A stretch of 64,000 nucleotides of DNA from Escherichia coli (GTDB lineage Bacteria > Pseudomonadota > Gammaproteobacteria > Enterobacterales > Enterobacteriaceae): NCBI RefSeq assembly GCF_022846255.1, contig NZ_AP025682.1, one strand, 5' to 3'. The translations under genes and the position numbers were made by a program. Of this stretch, positions 15,289 through 25,471 are shown in pieces (position 1 is the first letter of the stretch; the number at the start of each line of letters is the position of its first letter). The notes beneath the pieces are model-generated. The model did not search any database, was not told the DNA's origin, and saw nothing but the letters and a program-made list of their open reading frames with translations.

Positions 15289-15490
15289 ATTAACTACCGG
15301 ATGGCACTTATGTGCTATCCGATACCACTCTTCATTAAAGTCTGTGGGTTATCCTTAATTGCAATTATTTTGAGCGAGATGACTTGTTCCCGGCATAAGA
15401 TACTCGTCAATACAACACGTATTATTAAGATTTTCCTCAGCTAAACATCTATAGTCATTGTCGTTAATAAAAAACGACAGGCGATAGGGT

Positions 15491-16141
15491 ATGGCAGTTT
15501 CAGCAAAGCACGACGAATTTAATCACTGGTGGGCAACAGAGGGCGACTGGGTTGAAGAGCCTAACTATCGCCGTAATGGTATGAGCGGGGTGCAATGCGT
15601 CGAGCGCAACGGCAAAAAGCTGTATGTAAAGCGCATGACGCATCATCTGTTTCATTCCGTACGTTATCCGTTCGGCCGACCAACGATTGTCCGTGAGGTT
15701 GCGGTAATTAAAGAACTGGAACGGGCCGGTGTCATCGTGCCGAAGATCGTTTTTGGTGAAGCGGTGAAAATTGAGGGTGAATGGCGCGCGTTGCTGGTGA
15801 CTGAAGATATGGCGGGGTTCATCAGCATTGCTGACTGGTATGCCCGGCATGCAGTATCGCCTTATTCTGACGAAGTACGGCAAGCCATGTTGAAAGCAGT
15901 GGCGCTGGCGTTTAAGAAAATGCATAGCGTTAATCGTCAGCATGGCTGTTGTTATGTTCGCCATATCTATGTGAAAACAGAAGGTAAGGCAGAAGCTGGA
16001 TTTCTTGACCTGGAGAAAAGTCGTCGCCGCTTGCGTCGTGATAAAGCGATTAATCATGACTTCCGCCAGCTGGAAAAATATCTGGAGCCGATCCCCAAAG
16101 CGGACTGGGAGCAGGTGAAAGCATATTACTACGCTATGTAA
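15491..16141 (+). CDS. inaA: Acid-inducible Kdo/WaaP-family kinase-like protein InaA, 216 aa
   Basis: Protein recognised. Confidence 0.85.
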   Translation: MAVSAKHDEFNHWWATEGDWVEEPNYRRNGMSGVQCVERNGKKLYVKRMTHHLFHSVRYPFGRPTIVREVAVIKELERAGVIVPKIVFGEAVKIEGEWRALLVTEDMAGFISIADWYARHAVSPYSDEVRQAMLKAVALAFKKMHSVNRQHGCCYVRHIYVKTEGKAEAGFLDLEKSRRRLRRDKAINHDFRQLEKYLEPIPKADWEQVKAYYYAM

Positions 16142-16150
16142 TCGTTGTAG

Positions 16151-16182
16151 GCCAGATAAGACGTATAAGCGTCGTATCTGGC
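16151..16182. repeat. REP-like palindrome between convergent inaA and yfaE
   Basis: gccagataagacg-tataag-cgtcgtatctggc: 13-bp arms with one mismatch; no adjacent U-run. Confidence 0.5.
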
Positions 16183-16194
16183 GTTAAAACCAAT

Positions 16195-16449
16195 TCACAT
16201 CTCGATTTCAATATCGCCTTTTGCCCGGCAACAACAGGGCAAAATTTCCCCCGGCTGAATAAAAGCTAACGGTTCGGCAATCCAGTCCACCTGGCCTGCG
16301 ACCAGTCGGGTGCGACAGGAGCCGCAGTAACCTTCGCGGCACTGGTACTCAACCGCCACATTGTGGGATTCCAGCGCCGCCAGAAGGGAAGGGTGTTCAT
16401 CCTGGCACAGCAGTTGTGTGCCAGTAATGCGCAGGGTAACGCGGGCCAT
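16195..16449 (-). CDS. yfaE: 2Fe-2S ferredoxin YfaE (NrdB cofactor maintenance), 84 aa
   Basis: Cys-rich ferredoxin; start overlaps nrdB stop by 1 nt (TGATG). Confidence 0.85.
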   Translation of the reverse strand: MARVTLRITGTQLLCQDEHPSLLAALESHNVAVEYQCREGYCGSCRTRLVAGQVDWIAEPLAFIQPGEILPCCCRAKGDIEIEM

Positions 16450-17579
16450 CAGAGCTGGAAGTTACTCAAATCGTCGGTGTCCACTTCCGCGTCAATCTGC
16501 CCGACCAGATAAGAACTGACTTCCACTTCCTGCGGAGCAACCTGCACGTTATCAGACACCAGCCAGGTGTTGATCCACGGGATCGGGTTGGAACGCGTCT
16601 GGAACGGCAGATCCAAACCGACTGCCTGCATACGGATATTGGTGATGTATTCAACGTACTGGCAGAGGATGTCTTTATTCAGACCAATCATCGAACCATC
16701 ACGGAACAGATAATCCGCCCAGTCTTTCTCTTGCTGTGCCGCCTGGACAAACAGGTCATAGCACTCCTGCTTACATTCTTCGGCAATTTCCGCCATCTCC
16801 GGATCATCCGCGCCGCTGCGCAGCAGATTCAGCATATGCTGGGTGCCGGTCAGGTGCAGGGCTTCGTCACGGGCAATCAGGCGAATAATCTTGGCGTTGC
16901 CTTCCATCAATTCGCGTTCTGCAAAGGCAAAGGAACAAGCAAAGCTGACGTAGAAACGAATCGCTTCCAGCGCGTTAACGCTCATCAGGCAGAGATACAG
17001 TTTTTTCTTCAGCTCGCGCAGGCTGACGGTCACGGTTTTACCGTTGACGGTGTGGGTGCCTTCGCCCAGCAAATGCCAGTAGCTGGTCATCTCGATCAGT
17101 TCATCGTAATAGCGGGAAATGCCTTCTGCGCGTTTCTGGATCTGCTCGTTAGTGACGATATCGTCAAACACAACCGACGGATCGTTAACGATATTACGAA
17201 TGATATGAGTATAGGAACGGGAATGAATCGTTTCTGAGAACGCCCAGGTTTCTACCCAGGTTTCCAGTTCCGGGATCGAGATCAGCGGCAGCAGTGCCAC
17301 GTTCGGACTGCGACCCTGAATGGAATCCAGCAGCGTCTGATATTTCAGGTTGCTGATAAAGATGTGTTTTTCGTGTTCAGGCAGTGCCTGGTAATCGATA
17401 CGGTCGCGGGAGACGTCAACTTCTTCCGGACGCCAGAAGAAAGAGAGCTGCTTTTCGATCAGCTTTTCGAAGATGTCATATTTTTGCTGATCGTAGCGAG
17501 CCACGTTGACCGGCTGACCAAAGAACATCGGTTCTTTGAGCTGATCATTTTTCGTCTGTGAAAAGGTGGTATATGCCAT
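16449..17579 (-). CDS. nrdB: Class Ia ribonucleotide reductase beta subunit, 376 aa
   Basis: Starts [17 protein letters not shown]; ORF-track start 17723 is an extension through REP sequence. Confidence 0.9.
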   Translation of the reverse strand: MAYTTFSQTKNDQLKEPMFFGQPVNVARYDQQKYDIFEKLIEKQLSFFWRPEEVDVSRDRIDYQALPEHEKHIFISNLKYQTLLDSIQGRSPNVALLPLISIPELETWVETWAFSETIHSRSYTHIIRNIVNDPSVVFDDIVTNEQIQKRAEGISRYYDELIEMTSYWHLLGEGTHTVNGKTVTVSLRELKKKLYLCLMSVNALEAIRFYVSFACSFAFAERELMEGNAKIIRLIARDEALHLTGTQHMLNLLRSGADDPEMAEIAEECKQECYDLFVQAAQQEKDWADYLFRDGSMIGLNKDILCQYVEYITNIRMQAVGLDLPFQTRSNPIPWINTWLVSDNVQVAPQEVEVSSYLVGQIDAEVDTDDLSNFQL

Positions 17580-17602
17580 GAATGTGTCCTGTTGGGAGTT
17601 TA

Positions 17603-17718
17603 ATGCCGGATAAGGCATTTTACGCCGCATCCTGTGCCTGATGCGACGCTGGCGCATCTTATCAGGCCTACAAAACCGAGCCGTAGGCCGGATAAGGCGT
17701 TCACGCCGCATCCTGCAT
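17603..17718. repeat. REP/BIME cluster in nrdA-nrdB intergenic region
   Basis: gccggataaggc...gccgcatc and gcctgatgcgacgc...cttatcaggcctac palindromic REP units. Confidence 0.8.
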
Positions 17719-17725
17719 CTCAATA

Positions 17726-20011
17726 TCAGATCTTACATGCGCCGCTTTCGCAGCCATCGTCCTGGATTGACGGCACCAGATCGTCTTGTGCGTCTTCAGC
17801 ACCGTCACGGGTGTTCTGATAATACAGCGTTTTGACCCCGAATTTGTAGGCGGTGAGCAGGTCTTTCAGCAGTTGCTGCATCGGCACTTTTCCTGACGGG
17901 AAGCGTGACGGATCGTAGTTGGTGTTAGCAGAGATCGACTGATCGATAAATTTCTGCATGATACCCACCAGTTGCAGGTAGCCATCGTTACCCGGCATTT
18001 CCCACAGCAGTTCATAGGCGTCGTGCAGATGCTCGTAGTCCGGCACCACCTGGCGCAGAATACCGTCTTTCGACGCTTTGATGCTGACGTAACCACGCGG
18101 CGGTTCAATACCGTTAGTGGCGTTAGAGATCTGCGAAGAGGTCTCGGACGGCATCAGGGCAGAAAGCGTGGAGTTACGCAGGCCGTGCGTTTTGATTGAC
18201 TCACGCAGTGCTTCCCAGTCGTAATGCAGCGGCTCATTAGCGATGGCATCCAGATCTTTCTTATAGGTATCGATCGGCAGGATCCCTTTCGCGTAAGTGG
18301 TTTCGTTAAACCACGGGCACGCCCCTTGCTCTTTCGCCAGCTCATTAGACGCTTTCAGCAGGTAATACTGAATGGCTTCGAAGGTTTTATGCGTCAGGTT
18401 GTTGGCGCTGCCGTCGGAGTAGCGTTTACCATGCTTCGCCAGGTAGTAAGCGAAGTTGATCACACCAATACCCAGCGTACGACGACCCATCGCTCCACGT
18501 TTGGCGGCCGGGATCGGGTAATCCTGATAATCCAGCAGCGCGTCGAGTGCGCGTACTGCCAGAATTGCCAGCTCTTCCAGTTCATCCAGGCTGTTAATTG
18601 CGCCCAGGTTGAAAGCAGACAGCGTACACAGCGCGATTTCACCGTTCTCGTCGTTGACGTCGTTCAGCGGTTTGGTCGGCAGGGCGATTTCCAGGCACAG
18701 GTTAGACTGGCGCACTGGCGCGATGGCCGGATCAAACGGGCTATGGGTATTGCAGTGGTCAACGTTCTGAATATAGATACGACCGGTAGATGCACGTTCC
18801 TGCATCATCAGCGAGAACAGCTCAACGGCTTTCACACGCTGCTTGCGGATGCTGTCGTCTTTCTCATATTTGGTGTACAGGCGTTCAAACTCTTCCTGAT
18901 CGGCGAAGAACGCGTCGTACAGCCCCGGTACGTCGGACGGGCTGAATAGGGTGATATCTTCACCTTTCAGCAGACGGGTATACATCAGTTTGTTGATTTG
19001 TACCCCGTAGTCCATATGACGCACGCGGTTGCCTTCCACCCCACGGTTGTTTTTCAACACCAGCAGGCTTTCCACTTCCAGATGCCACATCGGGTAGAAC
19101 AGTGTTGCCGCACCGCCACGCACACCGCCCTGAGAGCAGGATTTCACCGCTGTCTGGAAATGTTTGTAGAACGGAATACAACCGGTATGGAACGCTTCGC
19201 CACCGCGAATCGGGCTACCCAGCGCACGAATACGCCCGGCGTTGATGCCGATCCCGGCACGCTGGGAAACGTATTTAACAATCGCGCTGGAGGTGGCGTT
19301 AATGGAATCCAGGCTGTCGCCGCACTCGATCAGCACGCATGAGCTGAACTGACGAGTCGGGGTACGCACGCCGGACATGATTGGCGTCGGCAGCGAAATT
19401 TTAAATGTGGAAACCGCGTCGTAAAAACGCTTCACGTATTGCAGGCGCGTTTCACGCGGGTAGTTCGAGAACAGGCACGCGGCAACCAGAATATAAAGGA
19501 ACTGGGCGCTTTCGTAGATTTCGCCGGTCACGCGGTTCTGTACCAGATATTTGCCTTCCAGCTGCTTAACGGCAGCATAAGAGAAGGTCATATCACGGTC
19601 GTGATCGATAAACGTGTCCATCTGCTTGAACTCTTCTTCCGTGTAGTCTTCCAGCAGATGATTATCGTATTTGCCCATCTCGACCATTTTCACCACATGG
19701 TCGTACAGTGCAGGCGGCTCAAACTGACCGTAGGCTTTTTTACGCAGGTGGAAGATCGCCAGACGTGCGGCGAGATACTGATAATCCGGCGCATCACGGG
19801 AGATCAGGTCTGCGGCAGCCTTGATAATGGTTTCGTGGATGTCAGAGGTCTTGATACCGTCATAAAACTGAATGTGGGAGCGCAGCTCGACCTGGGAAAT
19901 CGAAACGTTATGCAGTCCTTCTGCCGCCCAATCCAGAACGCGATGGATTTTGTCGAGATTGATGCGCTCTGTGCTACCGTCGCGCTTTGTCACCAGCAGA
20001 TTCTGATTCAT
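17726..20011 (-). CDS. nrdA: Class Ia ribonucleotide reductase alpha subunit, 761 aa
   Basis: 761 aa; ATP-cone N-terminus; C-terminal Cys pair. Confidence 0.95.
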   Translation of the reverse strand: MNQNLLVTKRDGSTERINLDKIHRVLDWAAEGLHNVSISQVELRSHIQFYDGIKTSDIHETIIKAAADLISRDAPDYQYLAARLAIFHLRKKAYGQFEPPALYDHVVKMVEMGKYDNHLLEDYTEEEFKQMDTFIDHDRDMTFSYAAVKQLEGKYLVQNRVTGEIYESAQFLYILVAACLFSNYPRETRLQYVKRFYDAVSTFKISLPTPIMSGVRTPTRQFSSCVLIECGDSLDSINATSSAIVKYVSQRAGIGINAGRIRALGSPIRGGEAFHTGCIPFYKHFQTAVKSCSQGGVRGGAATLFYPMWHLEVESLLVLKNNRGVEGNRVRHMDYGVQINKLMYTRLLKGEDITLFSPSDVPGLYDAFFADQEEFERLYTKYEKDDSIRKQRVKAVELFSLMMQERASTGRIYIQNVDHCNTHSPFDPAIAPVRQSNLCLEIALPTKPLNDVNDENGEIALCTLSAFNLGAINSLDELEELAILAVRALDALLDYQDYPIPAAKRGAMGRRTLGIGVINFAYYLAKHGKRYSDGSANNLTHKTFEAIQYYLLKASNELAKEQGACPWFNETTYAKGILPIDTYKKDLDAIANEPLHYDWEALRESIKTHGLRNSTLSALMPSETSSQISNATNGIEPPRGYVSIKASKDGILRQVVPDYEHLHDAYELLWEMPGNDGYLQLVGIMQKFIDQSISANTNYDPSRFPSGKVPMQQLLKDLLTAYKFGVKTLYYQNTRDGAEDAQDDLVPSIQDDGCESGACKI

Positions 20012-20075
20012 GTATGTCGTACCTGTTTTTCAATAGCTTCATGCAGACTACCTGTAGTGAGGGAAGCTGCTAAGA

Positions 20076-20121
20076 ACACTATATATAGGGGGTATGTTTG
20101 GGATTCACTGCAAGATAGTGT
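20076..20121 (-). promoter_or_regulatory. Two candidate NrdR boxes in nrdAB leader/promoter
   Basis: acactatatataggg (20076-20091) and cactgcaagatagtgt (20106-20121) resemble the NrdR palindrome acaCwAtATaTwGtgt; centres ~30 bp apart. Confidence 0.5.
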
Positions 20122-20151
20122 GAAACTGGCCCTCTTGCAAGTGCATAACTT

Positions 20152-20160
20152 TGTGGATAA
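20152..20160 (-). promoter_or_regulatory. DnaA box upstream of nrdA
   Basis: Minus strand reads TTATCCACA, a perfect DnaA box. Confidence 0.65.
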
Positions 20161-20692
20161 CTCAGGAAGGAAAAAGTGGCTTCCGCGCACCTTAGGTCAG
20201 ACAAGGTGTCCGGGAAAGTCAATGGGAAGAGAAAAATTTGTTAAAAATAACCGTTCGGTGAATTCTTGAACGGTAAAATAGGATAGGTAAATTGATATAG
20301 ATGGTTTATTAATCTTGTTGCTAATGATTGCCAAAATTGATCTAGGCACAAGTCGTCACATAATCTGATGTATCAGTTGTGGTCAATATATAAGCGAGTG
20401 TAAGCGATTGTTGAGTCGGAAATGGTTGTTTTATATTCGGTTATTGTTAAATACTAAGCCAATTTGTTACTTTTGTATTTATTATAAGAATATTATTTAT
20501 TGCTTTAATTCAGTTTAAATATAACCGATTTACCTTAAAGTTATTAATTTGAATTGTGATGCATCTAAATTAATTATCAGATAATAACAAAATAGTTATT
20601 ACATCAGGGGCAGAATTTACAAAAGAAAAATACCCTATATCGCATAATGCGATTAAATACGCCATCTTATAGAAAATGATGGTTAGATGAAT

Positions 20693-23600
20693 ATGCGGAT
20701 TATCTCTCTACGCAAGGAGTATTTATCTTTACTCCCGTCAATGATTGCATCTCTTTTCTCTGCTAACGGTGCCGCAGCGGTCATTGATTCATGCCAGGGA
20801 TATGATATCAAAGCGAGCTGTCAGGCCAGCAGGCAAAGCCTTTCGGGTAATATACAGGACTGGAGCATCGCGGATGGACAATGGTTGATTTTTTCGGGTA
20901 TGGTCAATAATACCAGCGGTGGCGCAGTATTTTTGCAGCACAGTGCTGAATTTACGATATCACCACAAAATGAAACAGGGATGACCCTGTTTGCTGATAA
21001 CTCGGTTAGTGGCGAATATAATAATGGTGGGGCTATCTTTGCTAAAGAAAACTCAACGATAAATCTTGCGAATGTTATTTTCGACAGTAATGTTGCAGGA
21101 GGCTATGGCGGAGCAATCTATTCTGCCGGTACCAATGATACCGGTGCCGCCGATTTACGTGTCACTAACGCCGTATTTCACAATAACATCGCTAATGACG
21201 GCAAAGGCGGTGCAATTTATACCATCAATAATGACGTCTATTTAAGTGATGATGCTTTTAATAATAATCAGGCATATACATCAACCAGCTATAGTGATGG
21301 GGACGGCGGTGCCATTGATGTTACGGATAATAGTACGGATAACACACATCTTTCAGGAAAAACGATAATTAATAATACCTCCTTTACCAATAACTATGCA
21401 GAAGGTTATGGCGGAGCAATTTATACCAGCAGCACCACATCCCCGTATCTTATTGATATTTCTGTTGATGATAATTATGACCAAAACAATGGTGTGATGA
21501 TTGATGAAAATAACAGCGCCTCGGGATATGACCATTCGGCGACGGCAGCGGCGGGGGGCTTTATGTATATCGGTCATAGTGTGGCTGAATTTAACATTGC
21601 CGCCGATAAAACGCTGGTAATAGGCAACACCAGCAACGATGGTGCGATTGATTCTCTTGCCGGAACGGGAGTCATCGTGAAAGAGGGAGCGGGAGAGTTA
21701 GTCCTCAATGCCGACAATAATGCGTTTACCGGCGAGATGAGTATCCAGAATGGCGAGGTGACGCTGGGGCGCAGCGATGAGTTAATGAATGTCGGCGACA
21801 CGCACTGTCAGAGCGATCCGCAGGATTGCTTTGGTCTGATGGTCGGCAGCACTGTTCATTCTGAGTATCAGGCAGAACTGAATGTTGGCAATACACAACA
21901 AACGTTTGTGCACTCATTAACCGGTTTTGCTAATGGCATTTTGAATATCGACGCAGGCGGCAATGTTACCGTAAACCAGGGCGGTTTTTCCGGCTCGATT
22001 CAGGGTGAAGGACAGTTGACGGTAGCGCAAGATGGCAGCTATCTCCTGACAGGGGCGCAGTCGATGGCATTAACCGGCGATATTGTGGTGGAAGATAACG
22101 CCGTATTGTCGCTAGCGGGGAATCAGGCCGATTTACGGGCAATGCAGAGCGATCCGCAATCGATCGTGCTAAATGGCGGAGTATTGGATCTCTCTGATTT
22201 CACCACCTGGGATGGCGATAGCTCATACAATGACGGTCTGCAAATCAGCGGCAGCGGGGGGACAGTGATTGGCAGTAATGATGTCGTTGATATCAGCAGT
22301 GGCGATGATTTACATATTGGCGGCAGTGATGCCAGCCAGAATGGCGTTTATGTCGTCATTAATGCGGGGGATCAGCGCGTAACGCTGGCGAATAACAACG
22401 GTTATCTCGGTAATACGCAAATCGCCTCCGGTACGCTTGAAGTCAGCGATAATTCGCAATTGGGGGACACAAGTTACAACCGTTCAGTGATCTTCACAGA
22501 TCCCCAACAACACAGTGAAATGGATGTGACGACTGATGTTGACACTCGCTCGGCTACAACAGGTCAGGGCAGGAATATTGAAATGCGCGCTGATGGCGAA
22601 ATACACGTTGAGGATGGCGTAGATACGCAATGGGGCGGATTGATGGCGGATAGTACCGGGCAACAACTGGATAGCGTAAGCACGTTGACTAAAAGTGGCG
22701 GCGGTACGCTGGAGTTGACCGCCAGCGGCACTGCGACGTCTGCGGTACGTGTGGAGGACGGAACGCTAAAAGGTGAAGCGGAGAATATTATTCCTTATGT
22801 TTCTTCACTGTGGGTGGGGGAAGACGGTGTTTTTGAAACCGGGCAAAATCAGGATATTCGCTCAATCGATGCCACCTCTGGCGGCGATATCGACATAACC
22901 GATGGTACTGTGTTGCGATTGACGCAGCAGGATACGAACCAGGTGCTGGATGCCTCGCTGTTTAGCGGCGACGGTACGCTGGTGAATGCCACCGATGGCG
23001 TGACGCTGGCAGGTGAGCTTAATACCAACCTTGAAACTGACAGCCTGACTTATCTTTCCGACGTGACGGTCAATGGTGATCTAACTAATACTTCCGGTGC
23101 TGTCAGTCTGCAAAATGGCGTCGCTGGCGACACGCTCACGGTAAACGGTGATTACATCGGTGGCGGTACGTTGTTTCTCGACAGCGAATTAAACGGCGAT
23201 GACTCGGCAAGCGACCAACTGGTGTTGAACGGCAATACCTCGGGTAACACGACCGTGGTGGTTAACCCCATTACTGGCATTGGTGAACCGACATCTACAG
23301 GTATTAAAGTGGTTGATTTCGCAGCTGATCCCGCGCAGTTTCAAAACAATGCGCAGTTCAGTCTGGCAGGAAGCGGCTACGTCAATATGGGGGCGTATGA
23401 CTACACGCTGGTGGAAGATAACAACGACTGGTATCTGCGATCACAAGAAGTCAATCCGACGCCGCCGCCCGATCCAGACCCGACTCCAGATCCTGATCCC
23501 ACGCCGGATCCCGACCCAACCCCCGACCCAACCCCCGACCCGGAACCTACGCCTGCCTACCAGCCGGTGTTGAATGCCAAAGTTGGTGGATATTTTAATA

Positions 23601-24463
23601 ACCTGCGGGCGGCAAATCAGGCATTTGTGATGGAGCGACGCGATCACGCTGGTGGCGATGGTCAGACGCTGAATTTACGCGTTATCGGCGGGCGTTATCA
23701 TTACACGGCGGTAGGGCAGTTGGCTCAGCATGAAGACACTTCTACGGTGCAGCTTAGCGGCAACCTGTTTAGCGGGCACTGGGGTGATGATGGCGAGTGG
23801 ATGCTTGGGATTGTTGGTGGCTACAGCGATAACCAGGGCGACAGCCGCTCGAATATGACCGGAACTCGCGCCGATAACCAGAACCACGGTTATGCCGTTG
23901 GGCTGACCTCAAGCTGGTATCAGCACGGTAATCAGAAGCAGGGGGCCTGGTTGGATAGCTGGCTGCAATATGTGTGGTTTAACAATGATGTTTCCGAACA
24001 AGACGATGGCGTGGATCATTACCACTCGTCGGGGATTATCGCCTCGCTGGAAGCCGGTTATCAGTGGTTACCGGGGCATGGTGTGGTGATTGAACCGCAG
24101 ACGCAGGTGATTTATCAGGGCGTGCAGCAGGATGATTTTACCACCGCTAACCATGCGCGCGTGTCACAATCGCAGGGTGATGATATTCAGACGCGGCTGG
24201 GTTTACACAGCGAATGGCGTACTGCTGTTGGTGTCACGCCAACGTTAGATCTGAATTATTATCACGATCCCCATTCGACGGGAATTGAAGAAGATGGCAG
24301 CACTATCAGTGACGATGCGGCGAAGCAACGGGGTGAAATAAAAGTGGGAATAACGGGCAATATCAGTCAGCGAGTTTCGCTGCGTGGTAGCGTGGCGTGG
24401 CAGAAAGGGAGTGATGATTTTGCCCAGACGGCAGGGTTTTTGTCGATGACAGTGAAATGGTAA
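20693..24463 (+). CDS. yfaL: AIDA-I-type autotransporter adhesin YfaL, ~1256 aa
   Basis: Signal peptide, Asn/Gly-rich beta-helix passenger, Pro-rich linker and C-terminal beta-barrel ending in W; alternative ATG at 20687. Confidence 0.85.
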   Translation: MRIISLRKEYLSLLPSMIASLFSANGAAAVIDSCQGYDIKASCQASRQSLSGNIQDWSIADGQWLIFSGMVNNTSGGAVFLQHSAEFTISPQNETGMTLFADNSVSGEYNNGGAIFAKENSTINLANVIFDSNVAGGYGGAIYSAGTNDTGAADLRVTNAVFHNNIANDGKGGAIYTINNDVYLSDDAFNNNQAYTSTSYSDGDGGAIDVTDNSTDNTHLSGKTIINNTSFTNNYAEGYGGAIYTSSTTSPYLIDISVDDNYDQNNGVMIDENNSASGYDHSATAAAGGFMYIGHSVAEFNIAADKTLVIGNTSNDGAIDSLAGTGVIVKEGAGELVLNADNNAFTGEMSIQNGEVTLGRSDELMNVGDTHCQSDPQDCFGLMVGSTVHSEYQAELNVGNTQQTFVHSLTGFANGILNIDAGGNVTVNQGGFSGSIQGEGQLTVAQDGSYLLTGAQSMALTGDIVVEDNAVLSLAGNQADLRAMQSDPQSIVLNGGVLDLSDFTTWDGDSSYNDGLQISGSGGTVIGSNDVVDISSGDDLHIGGSDASQNGVYVVINAGDQRVTLANNNGYLGNTQIASGTLEVSDNSQLGDTSYNRSVIFTDPQQHSEMDVTTDVDTRSATTGQGRNIEMRADGEIHVEDGVDTQWGGLMADSTGQQLDSVSTLTKSGGGTLELTASGTATSAVRVEDGTLKGEAENIIPYVSSLWVGEDGVFETGQNQDIRSIDATSGGDIDITDGTVLRLTQQDTNQVLDASLFSGDGTLVNATDGVTLAGELNTNLETDSLTYLSDVTVNGDLTNTSGAVSLQNGVAGDTLTVNGDYIGGGTLFLDSELNGDDSASDQLVLNGNTSGNTTVVVNPITGIGEPTSTGIKVVDFAADPAQFQNNAQFSLAGSGYVNMGAYDYTLVEDNNDWYLRSQEVNPTPPPDPDPTPDPDPTPDPDPTPDPTPDPEPTPAYQPVLNAKVGGYFNNLRAANQAFVMERRDHAGGDGQTLNLRVIGGRYHYTAVGQLAQHEDTSTVQLSGNLFSGHWGDDGEWMLGIVGGYSDNQGDSRSNMTGTRADNQNHGYAVGLTSSWYQHGNQKQGAWLDSWLQYVWFNNDVSEQDDGVDHYHSSGIIASLEAGYQWLPGHGVVIEPQTQVIYQGVQQDDFTTANHARVSQSQGDDIQTRLGLHSEWRTAVGVTPTLDLNYYHDPHSTGIEEDGSTISDDAAKQRGEIKVGITGNISQRVSLRGSVAWQKGSDDFAQTAGFLSMTVKW
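23456..23553 (+). repeat. Short tandem repeats encoding Pro-Thr/Asp linker (PTPPPDPDPTPDPDPTPDPDPTPDPTPDPEPTP) in yfaL
   Basis: Visible 6-18-bp periodicity (ccggatcccgaccc / cccgaccc). Confidence 0.7.
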
Positions 24464-24485
24464 TCGCTGTCTGACCGGCACTGTT

Positions 24486-24567
24486 GCCGGATGCGGCGTA
24501 AACGCCTTATCTGGCCTACGGGGAGCATTTGTAGGTCTGATAAGACGCGGCAAGCGCCGCATCAGGC
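24486..24567. repeat. REP/BIME element between yfaL and ubiG
   Basis: gccggatgcggcgtaaacgccttatctggcctac ... gtaggtctgataagacgcggcaagcgccgcatcaggc. Confidence 0.8.
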
Positions 24568-24602
24568 TTGGCTCGGTTGCCGGATGAATCCAAACAACAA
24601 CC

Positions 24603-25325
24603 TCACTTATTCTGCGTGTGCAGCATATAGTTCACATCCACGCCGGGGCCGAGCTTAAAGGAATTAGTGATAGGGTTGTAATGCAGCCCGGTCATATGCC
24701 GTTCTTTAAGACTGGTCTGATCCACCCAGCCCAGCAATTCTGCCGGTTTAATAAACTTCTTCACATCATGTGTACCTTTAGGCACCATGCGCAAAATATA
24801 TTCCGCACCAACCACCGCCATCAGCCATGACTTGCCGTTGCGGTTAAGCGTCGAGAAAAAGACATCGCCGCCCGGTTTCACCAGTTGCGCACAGGCTCTG
24901 ACCACTGACTGAGGATCGGGGACGTGCTCCAGCATCTCCATACAGGTCACCACGTCATACTGTCCGGCATGTTTTGCCGCGTGCTCTTCCACGGTTTCCT
25001 GCACGTAATCCACCTGAATGCCGCTTTCCAGTGCGTGCAGTTTTGCCACCTGCAATGGCTCAAAGCCCATATCCAGACCGGTCACCGTCGCGCCCTCCCG
25101 CGCCATACTCTCGGCCAGAATGCCGCCGCCACAACCGACATCGAGCACCTTTTTGCCAAATAAACCGCCAGCACGCTCGGCAATATAGCCCAGACGCAGC
25201 GGGTTAATGCGGTGCAGCGGTTTGAACTCACCTTCAAGATCCCACCAGCGGGAGGCGACGGCTTCAAATTTAGCGATCTCTTCGTGGTCTACGTTGTGGT
25301 TTACCGGCGATTTTTCGGCATTCAT
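24603..25325 (-). CDS. ubiG: Ubiquinone biosynthesis O-methyltransferase, 240 aa
   Basis: Starts [20 protein letters not shown]; SAM motif VLDVGCGGG; ORF-track start 25373 is an extension. Confidence 0.9.
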   Translation of the reverse strand: MNAEKSPVNHNVDHEEIAKFEAVASRWWDLEGEFKPLHRINPLRLGYIAERAGGLFGKKVLDVGCGGGILAESMAREGATVTGLDMGFEPLQVAKLHALESGIQVDYVQETVEEHAAKHAGQYDVVTCMEMLEHVPDPQSVVRACAQLVKPGGDVFFSTLNRNGKSWLMAVVGAEYILRMVPKGTHDVKKFIKPAELLGWVDQTSLKERHMTGLHYNPITNSFKLGPGVDVNYMLHTQNK

Positions 25326-25418
25326 TGGCACTTCTACTCCGTAATTGGCAAGACAAACGAGTATATCAGGCATTGGATGTGAATAAAGCGTATAGGTTTA
25401 CCTCAAACTGCGCGGCTG

Positions 25419-25427
25419 TGTTATAAT
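25419..25427 (+). promoter_or_regulatory. gyrA promoter extended -10 (TGnTATAAT)
   Basis: tgttataat lies 45 bp upstream of the gyrA ATG. Confidence 0.5.
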
Positions 25428-25471
25428 TTGCGACCTTTGAATCCGGGATACAGTAGAGGGATAGCGGTTAG

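Noticed and set aside
15289-15490. MarA/SoxS/Rob box upstream of inaA, and a hairpin ccggatggcac...tgctatccg after glpQ
   Set aside because: A GCAC-containing sequence is present but I cannot place a marbox confidently against the degenerate consensus by eye, and the hairpin arms are imperfect with no U-run; left unannotated
23456-23553. Possible CRISPR-like repeat array, given the short direct repeats
   Set aside because: Repeats are 6-18 bp, contiguous without spacers, in-frame within yfaL and encode a Pro-rich linker; no cas genes anywhere in the window. The REP clusters are likewise palindromic REP units, not CRISPR
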